Source of the DNA: Occultella gossypii | GTDB lineage: Bacteria; Actinomycetota; Actinomycetes; Actinomycetales; Beutenbergiaceae | Assembly (NCBI RefSeq): GCF_019947135.1 | Contig: NZ_JAGSHT010000004.1 | Coordinates: 3-32,002 of the forward strand | Direction of reading: 5' to 3' | Length of the DNA: 32,000 bases | Part shown: in pieces, positions 27,426-32,000 of the stretch | Numbering within the stretch: position 1 is the stretch's first letter | How the letters are laid out: every line of letters starts with the position of its first letter | The notes under the pieces: generated by a model | Told to the model about the DNA's origin: nothing | Database searches by the model: none | Seen by the model: the letters and a program-made list of their open reading frames with translations, nothing else | Position numbers and translations under genes: made by a program

Positions 27426-28187
27426 TCAGCGACCAGGCCGATTCTGCCGAGTAAACAGGGCCCGTTCGATCTCGTCGGCTTGCGTCGGAATGCCGGACTT
27501 GGTGATGGTCTCTGCCCACCGGTGCAGAAGATCTACGTACTCCGCGTACATGTCCGTGTACCAGTTGTAGCTGCCCCTTGGAATCGTGGACCAGCCTGCT
27601 TCGTGCAGGGACGTCGCCACACGAGCGTCGAGGATGAGACACCTGTTGGCGACGGTTCCGGCACCCGCGAAGTAGAGGTACTTCGTGAAGAAAGCGGGTC
27701 CGAGTGAGGGGATCATTCCGCCACCGCGTCTGATGAGAGTGCCGTACGCCTCACGGGGATTCCCGCTACGGGCCGCTCTGGTCGCGTCGCGCAGCAACCT
27801 GACGTTACGGCCTCGGGCATCGCCCTTCACAAAGGCATTGATTCGGTCCAGGTTGTTGCGTCGGCTCGTGCCGCTGCCCCACGAGAGCACGTGCCACAAT
27901 AGCGTCAGGTATGGCGCGTCGTCCTCGGGATCGTTCGCAAGCGGCTGAGCCAACCGGAACAGATCCGACCTCGTGAGGCGCGCGACACCGTCGGGCTCCT
28001 GCGGCGTGAGAATTATGGTGTAGTCGCCCTGCACCCGATCCAGGTTCCTGTCCCACCATTGAGTCCCAAGTTGGGATTCGTCGAACCCATGCCGATCGAT
28101 TACGTTTATGCGGTCCCCCAGCCATGACTTCACGTATTTTGGCCAGACCAGATCGGATGGCGGAGCGAACCGTGTTTCTGTCGTCAT
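27426..28187 (-). CDS. OGG-fold / HhH-type DNA-glycosylase-like protein (253 aa)
   Basis: GGAGA Shine-Dalgarno 8 nt before the ATG. The motif IPSLGPAFFTKYLYFAG and surrounding helical context resemble the family I recall being annotated as 8-oxoguanine DNA glycosylase OGG fold protein. This rests on recall only. Confidence 0.5.
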   Translation of the reverse strand: MTTETRFAPPSDLVWPKYVKSWLGDRINVIDRHGFDESQLGTQWWDRNLDRVQGDYTIILTPQEPDGVARLTRSDLFRLAQPLANDPEDDAPYLTLLWHVLSWGSGTSRRNNLDRINAFVKGDARGRNVRLLRDATRAARSGNPREAYGTLIRRGGGMIPSLGPAFFTKYLYFAGAGTVANRCLILDARVATSLHEAGWSTIPRGSYNWYTDMYAEYVDLLHRWAETITKSGIPTQADEIERALFTRQNRPGR

Positions 28188-28342
28188 CTCAATTATCTCC
28201 AGAGGTCAGTTCCGCGCTCGCCGTACCGCCGAGTTCGGAGATCGGGGTTTGTGGATGTGACGAACAGGGCTCGTGCCCCGTCAAGCCTGAGTGTCCCGTT
28301 AGTCGAGATCTGCGTCGGTTCGGACAGGTGGGTGGTGGAACG

Positions 28343-29590
28343 TCATGACGATTCGGCGTCGGCCTCCTCGTCGTCACCACGCCGGCGACGAGCCCGCTCG
28401 GCAAACTCGCTCGAGAGCCGATCCGTCGCGGTCTTGGCCCGGTCGAGGGTGTCATGACCGAATCGCTTAGCGGCATCAACGCCCTCTGCTCCGGTCTCGA
28501 GCACGTTGTCCCTGACCTCAGCGGCCGCCTCCACCCAGCGCTTTGCCTCCATTGAGCGCTGATCGCCCTCGATCCCGAGCCGATAGTGGAAGTCAATGAC
28601 CGCGACCGAGACGTGGTTGCTTGAGTGCACTACAGCCCTGGCAGGCACTGGCTGAAGCAGTACCTTCCTGTTGGCGGCGCCGGCCGCGGTGTTCATGCGT
28701 GAGATCAGGCGCTCCGTGCTGCGCGAGATCACGTCTAGGCGCTTCTGCCGTGCGGCTTTGAGTGCGATGCGATGCTGGTCCAGGTCCTCGGGGAATGCGT
28801 CTAGAACGCGGTCGAGCTCAAGTACGCCGATCGCCTCTTGCAGTTGGAAGCAACGAGCCAGAATCGTCAACCACTCCTGAACCTTGGCCTCGGCTTCTCT
28901 GGTCGCCTTCGCGAGATCCCCGAGTTTCGTCTTTCGCTCAAGTTTCTCCGCGATCGCATCGAGCTGACGCAACGCATAGGCCTGTGTCCGCGCGATCGTT
29001 ACCGAGGTGGACTGCACTTTCGACCACGTGACCTCGGAGACTTTGCCCACTTGCTCCCGGATGACCATGGCCTCGTCGATGACGAGGTCCACTCCGATCA
29101 TGTCGGCAAGCACCGAGTCTTTCTGGGCCCGAAGTACGTCCTCGACCTTCTCGTCGATCGTGGCGAGGTAGTCGGCGATGTCGTCCATGGTCTGCTGCAT
29201 CGCGAGTTGCGACATGAGAGCACCGGCGCTTGCAAGACTTGCCGGGTTGAGCAATGTCGCGCTCCTCACGATTTCGAGGATCTTGGTCGTCTGTCCGTTC
29301 TGAACGAGGACAGCACGGCCGACGTCGGCCGTCGAACCCCTCATGAGCTGACCGGCCTTGAGCGCCCTGGCTGAGTCTTCGGTCAATTTCACCCAGCGTC
29401 CCGAGTTGGCTGCGAACTCAGATCCTGCGTGCAGGGCGCCCGAGCCGGCGCTGAGTTTTGGTCCGAGTCGTTTGAGTCCGAGGTCCCGCGACGCCAGCCC
29501 TTGAGAGGAGAGAAACCGGTCGATGACCGCTGGATCGCCGAGGATCGCCACGCCATCGCCGTCGCTGATGAGTTCAACTTCGTTGTTCAA
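28343..29590 (-). CDS. Hypothetical 415-aa protein: N-terminal small beta-rich domain, long helical/coiled-coil core, acidic-basic tail
   Basis: TTG start with AGGAG 6 nt upstream. The ORF is clean with high-GC third positions. I recognise no catalytic motif. The C-terminus is RRRRGDDEEADAESS. Confidence 0.6.
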   Translation of the reverse strand: MNNEVELISDGDGVAILGDPAVIDRFLSSQGLASRDLGLKRLGPKLSAGSGALHAGSEFAANSGRWVKLTEDSARALKAGQLMRGSTADVGRAVLVQNGQTTKILEIVRSATLLNPASLASAGALMSQLAMQQTMDDIADYLATIDEKVEDVLRAQKDSVLADMIGVDLVIDEAMVIREQVGKVSEVTWSKVQSTSVTIARTQAYALRQLDAIAEKLERKTKLGDLAKATREAEAKVQEWLTILARCFQLQEAIGVLELDRVLDAFPEDLDQHRIALKAARQKRLDVISRSTERLISRMNTAAGAANRKVLLQPVPARAVVHSSNHVSVAVIDFHYRLGIEGDQRSMEAKRWVEAAAEVRDNVLETGAEGVDAAKRFGHDTLDRAKTATDRLSSEFAERARRRRGDDEEADAESS

Positions 29591-29750
29591 CTTCGGCTCC
29601 TGGGTAGTGGGAGAAAGGTCACTCTTAGCATCAAATGCTTCACCGATGAGCTTGCGCCGTGTGGCGGCTCCACGGTACCTGCGATGCAGTTGTCTTCACC
29701 GAGTTTGTTGTCTGATTACGATCCGTATCTGACCGCCGCACGGTGCCGGT

Positions 29751-32000
29751 CTAACCGCCTCGTCGCGGCGGGCTCAGGTTGATGCGAATCCCCCCAAGTT
29801 CCTCCCGCAGCCCTGGCCCAGCGTCGGCGAACACGTAGTTGAGGAATTCGTCCTGGCGCGGCTGTCCGAAGGCGAGCCGGTACATCGCCACGCTTGCGAG
29901 CAACGGGTCGATCCTCGATCGCTCCCGGGTGTAGGGGGTCAGGGGTAGGTGCCGCTCGATCATCGCCCGGTCCTCGCCCAGCGAGGCCGGCGCGAAGACC
30001 CAGAACGGGATCATGTCCGAGTCGCCCTCGCCGCGAAGTTCCTCCGCCGAGGCGAACAGTTCCCGCCACGGCGCGGGGCCGGTCGGAAACGGGACCGAGC
30101 GGGCCACGTTCTTGCGGACCGCGTGACCCTTGTACCGGTGCACGCGTCCCTCCCGCTGTTCGAGGTCCACGGGGTTGCCCGGCAGGTTCCAGTGGGTCAC
30201 CGCGTGCGAATACACGTGGAAGTCGAGGCCCTCCTGGCCCACGGACGTCGTCGCGAGCACGAACGGCCAGAACGGCGAGTTGAACGCGAGCGCCACGGTC
30301 TCGGCGCGCTGCTCGGCCTTCTCCTCGGTCGATTCCGAGCCGTATCGCATCGCGAAGTGCCCGCGTAGCGGGATCTGGTGCCACCGGAGTTCGGATCCCT
30401 CGCCGTCCGTGGTCATCACCGCAGGGCGGTACACGGGGGTGCGCAACCGCAGCACGGCGAGCACGTCATCGGCGAGGTCGGCCACGGCGGTGTCCGCGTC
30501 GTCAGTGCGATCGTGCCCCCGGTTCTCGACCAGCGTCGCCACGTACTCGTCGATCACCGACTGCAGGTTGCCCTCGGCGCAGTAGCGCAATACCCGGTGC
30601 CAATAGTCGTCATCGCGGGACCCGGAGGAGTCGATCACACGTGTGCCCTCGGGTGAGTTGAACAAGGTTCGGAAGCCGTCGGACGCCCTCACCGCGGCGC
30701 CGACGATCGCTTCGTCGGACGCTCTCGGCAGCACTCGTTCGAAGGCCCGGATCAGCACGGGCACCGGTCCGGCGAGGCTCGCCAACGTGACCATGTCCAC
30801 CAAGTCTGCCGGCACCGGCGGCAGTTCGCCGACCCCGCCCCGCGCGACTTCCCAGAGCCGTTCGAGCTCGGCCCGGTGCTCGGCCAGCAGGCTGCCGTCC
30901 TCCTCGGAGTCGTCCTCGGCCAGGCGGACGCGGTGTGGGCTGTCGCCATCGAGCAGCACGCCGACCAGCGTGTACCAGGCTGTCGAACCACCACCGCGAG
31001 CCACCACCGGTCGATCGGCCACCAGGGGCTCGATCGCTGCCGATACCTGGCCCCGGACGTGCTCGGTGACCGACTCGAGCGTGGGCTCCACTCCGTCGGC
31101 GCGCAGGGCCACGGACGCGGCGTACGGGTCGCCGAGCCGGGCCAGCGCGAGCGCGGGAACCACGAACTGCAGGTTCGCCATCGACTCGGTGTTCGGTGCG
31201 AACCTCAGGTGTTGAACCGAGCGTCGGGTCGCGTCGTAGTCGTAGGTCGGAGCCCCGACGGCGGAGGCCGCCTCGTGTAGCCGTCGTTCGCTCTCGTAGG
31301 TGGTGAGCGTGGCGACCGCGGTGGGCACGAGATTCCACGAGGAGAAGACCAAGCGCTTCGTGAGCCGACGCGCTGCTGGTACCTCGAACGGGCCGCCGGC
31401 CCGGTAGTAGGCCAGGGCCGGGGGGAGCCACAATAGTCGCTCAGCGCCGGCGTCCTCGAAGAAGGTCGACCAGAGCTTGGTCAGACCGGAGTGAGCGGGT
31501 TCGATGCGCTCGTAGATGCGCATCTGCTCCCACGGCAGCACGGCGGCCGACTTCTGCAGTTGCGAGGCCAGGACCGCGTCCACGGGCTGTTCGGCAGATC
31601 CCGCATCGGGTCCGACGAGTTCCCGGAGGTGTCCGGCCAACTTGTAGCCGTGCGCGCCGAGGTAGGAGAGCGTGTATGGCGCCGATTTCCAGAACTCGAC
31701 GATGTCCAGGTCGTGCATCGTCGAGTGCTGGGCGATGTAGGCGGCGGTCCTCGACGCGGCTGCGTACTGCTGCAGCGCCCCCGGATCGGGGATCGCCAGA
31801 TCTTCGCGCACCTCCCGGAGCATGCCGTCCCGGTCGGGCGTGGCGGCCAGCCGTTCGGTCCGGACCATGACCCGCCGCAGCCGAGCGCTCACGGCATCGG
31901 CCGCCGCCCGGGCCGAAGCCACGCCGGCCGACGCCGCGTCGACCAGCGCGCCGCGAAGCCGCGCGAGGTCGCGGCGCAACTCGGCCGTCTCCCGGTCGCG
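29751..32000 (-). CDS. SF2 (SNF2/DEAD-like) helicase-related protein, C-terminal ~750 aa. The N-terminus lies beyond the window end.
   Basis: Helicase C-terminal core: KRLVFSSWNLVP (motif IV region) and FNSPFWPFVLATTSVGQEGLDFHVYSHAVTHWNLPGNPVDLEQREGRVHRYKGH (motifs V-VI). They are separated by an insertion of roughly 350 aa. The minus frame stays open to position 32000. Confidence 0.75.
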   Translation of the reverse strand, partial: RDRETAELRRDLARLRGALVDAASAGVASARAAADAVSARLRRVMVRTERLAATPDRDGMLREVREDLAIPDPGALQQYAAASRTAAYIAQHSTMHDLDIVEFWKSAPYTLSYLGAHGYKLAGHLRELVGPDAGSAEQPVDAVLASQLQKSAAVLPWEQMRIYERIEPAHSGLTKLWSTFFEDAGAERLLWLPPALAYYRAGGPFEVPAARRLTKRLVFSSWNLVPTAVATLTTYESERRLHEAASAVGAPTYDYDATRRSVQHLRFAPNTESMANLQFVVPALALARLGDPYAASVALRADGVEPTLESVTEHVRGQVSAAIEPLVADRPVVARGGGSTAWYTLVGVLLDGDSPHRVRLAEDDSEEDGSLLAEHRAELERLWEVARGGVGELPPVPADLVDMVTLASLAGPVPVLIRAFERVLPRASDEAIVGAAVRASDGFRTLFNSPEGTRVIDSSGSRDDDYWHRVLRYCAEGNLQSVIDEYVATLVENRGHDRTDDADTAVADLADDVLAVLRLRTPVYRPAVMTTDGEGSELRWHQIPLRGHFAMRYGSESTEEKAEQRAETVALAFNSPFWPFVLATTSVGQEGLDFHVYSHAVTHWNLPGNPVDLEQREGRVHRYKGHAVRKNVARSVPFPTGPAPWRELFASAEELRGEGDSDMIPFWVFAPASLGEDRAMIERHLPLTPYTRERSRIDPLLASVAMYRLAFGQPRQDEFLNYVFADAGPGLREELGGIRINLSPPRRGG

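Noticed and set aside
29627-29639. Small palindrome AGCAT-CAA-ATGCT upstream of the 415-aa gene
   Set aside because: The arms are only 5 bp and such a match is expected by chance. It is noted only as a possible operator if TSS data place it in a promoter.
1-32000. Search for CRISPR arrays, tRNA/rRNA genes and att-like direct repeats at island borders
   Set aside because: I saw no regularly spaced repeats, no tRNA-like GGTTCGAATCC T-arm contexts and no rRNA-like segments by eye. Long-range direct repeats cannot be reliably excluded without computation.

Overview
High-GC (Actinomycetota-like) DNA with four blocks. All family calls come from motif recognition by eye; no searches were run.

(1) 1-16190: a complete, co-directional type 2 BREX / Pgl operon in the order pglW-pglX-pglY-pglZ-brxD-brxHI. 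Four of its five junctions are 4-nt start/stop overlaps. An 11-nt poly-G tract sits at or just before the pglW start, at the window edge.

(2) 16191-19100: a lower-GC accessory patch. It holds a roughly 700-bp gene-poor gap, then a three-gene + strand cassette that matches no named defence system I know: a CBS-pair protein fused to an RNxxxH (HEPN-type) domain, a 46-aa CPxC/CxxC zinc-ribbon protein, and a second RNxxxH HEPN-like protein. The cassette ends directly against a frameshifted ISL3-family transposase relic. This is my best candidate for an undescribed BREX-associated module.

(3) 19219-24842: an ordinary Dpp/Opp-type ABC importer (lipoprotein binding protein, two permeases, fused double ATPase). 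A SnoaL/NTF2-like gene is wedged between the binding protein and the first permease.

(4) 24843-32000: a second, lower-GC and partly decayed island. It contains a small winged-helix protein, an ADP-ribosyltransferase-fold (DarT/Tpt1-like) protein, a multiply frameshifted Mrr-like nuclease-domain pseudogene, an OGG-fold glycosylase-like protein, a 415-aa helical protein of unknown function, and a large SF2/SNF2-like helicase that runs off the window.

I saw no CRISPR array, rRNA or tRNA.
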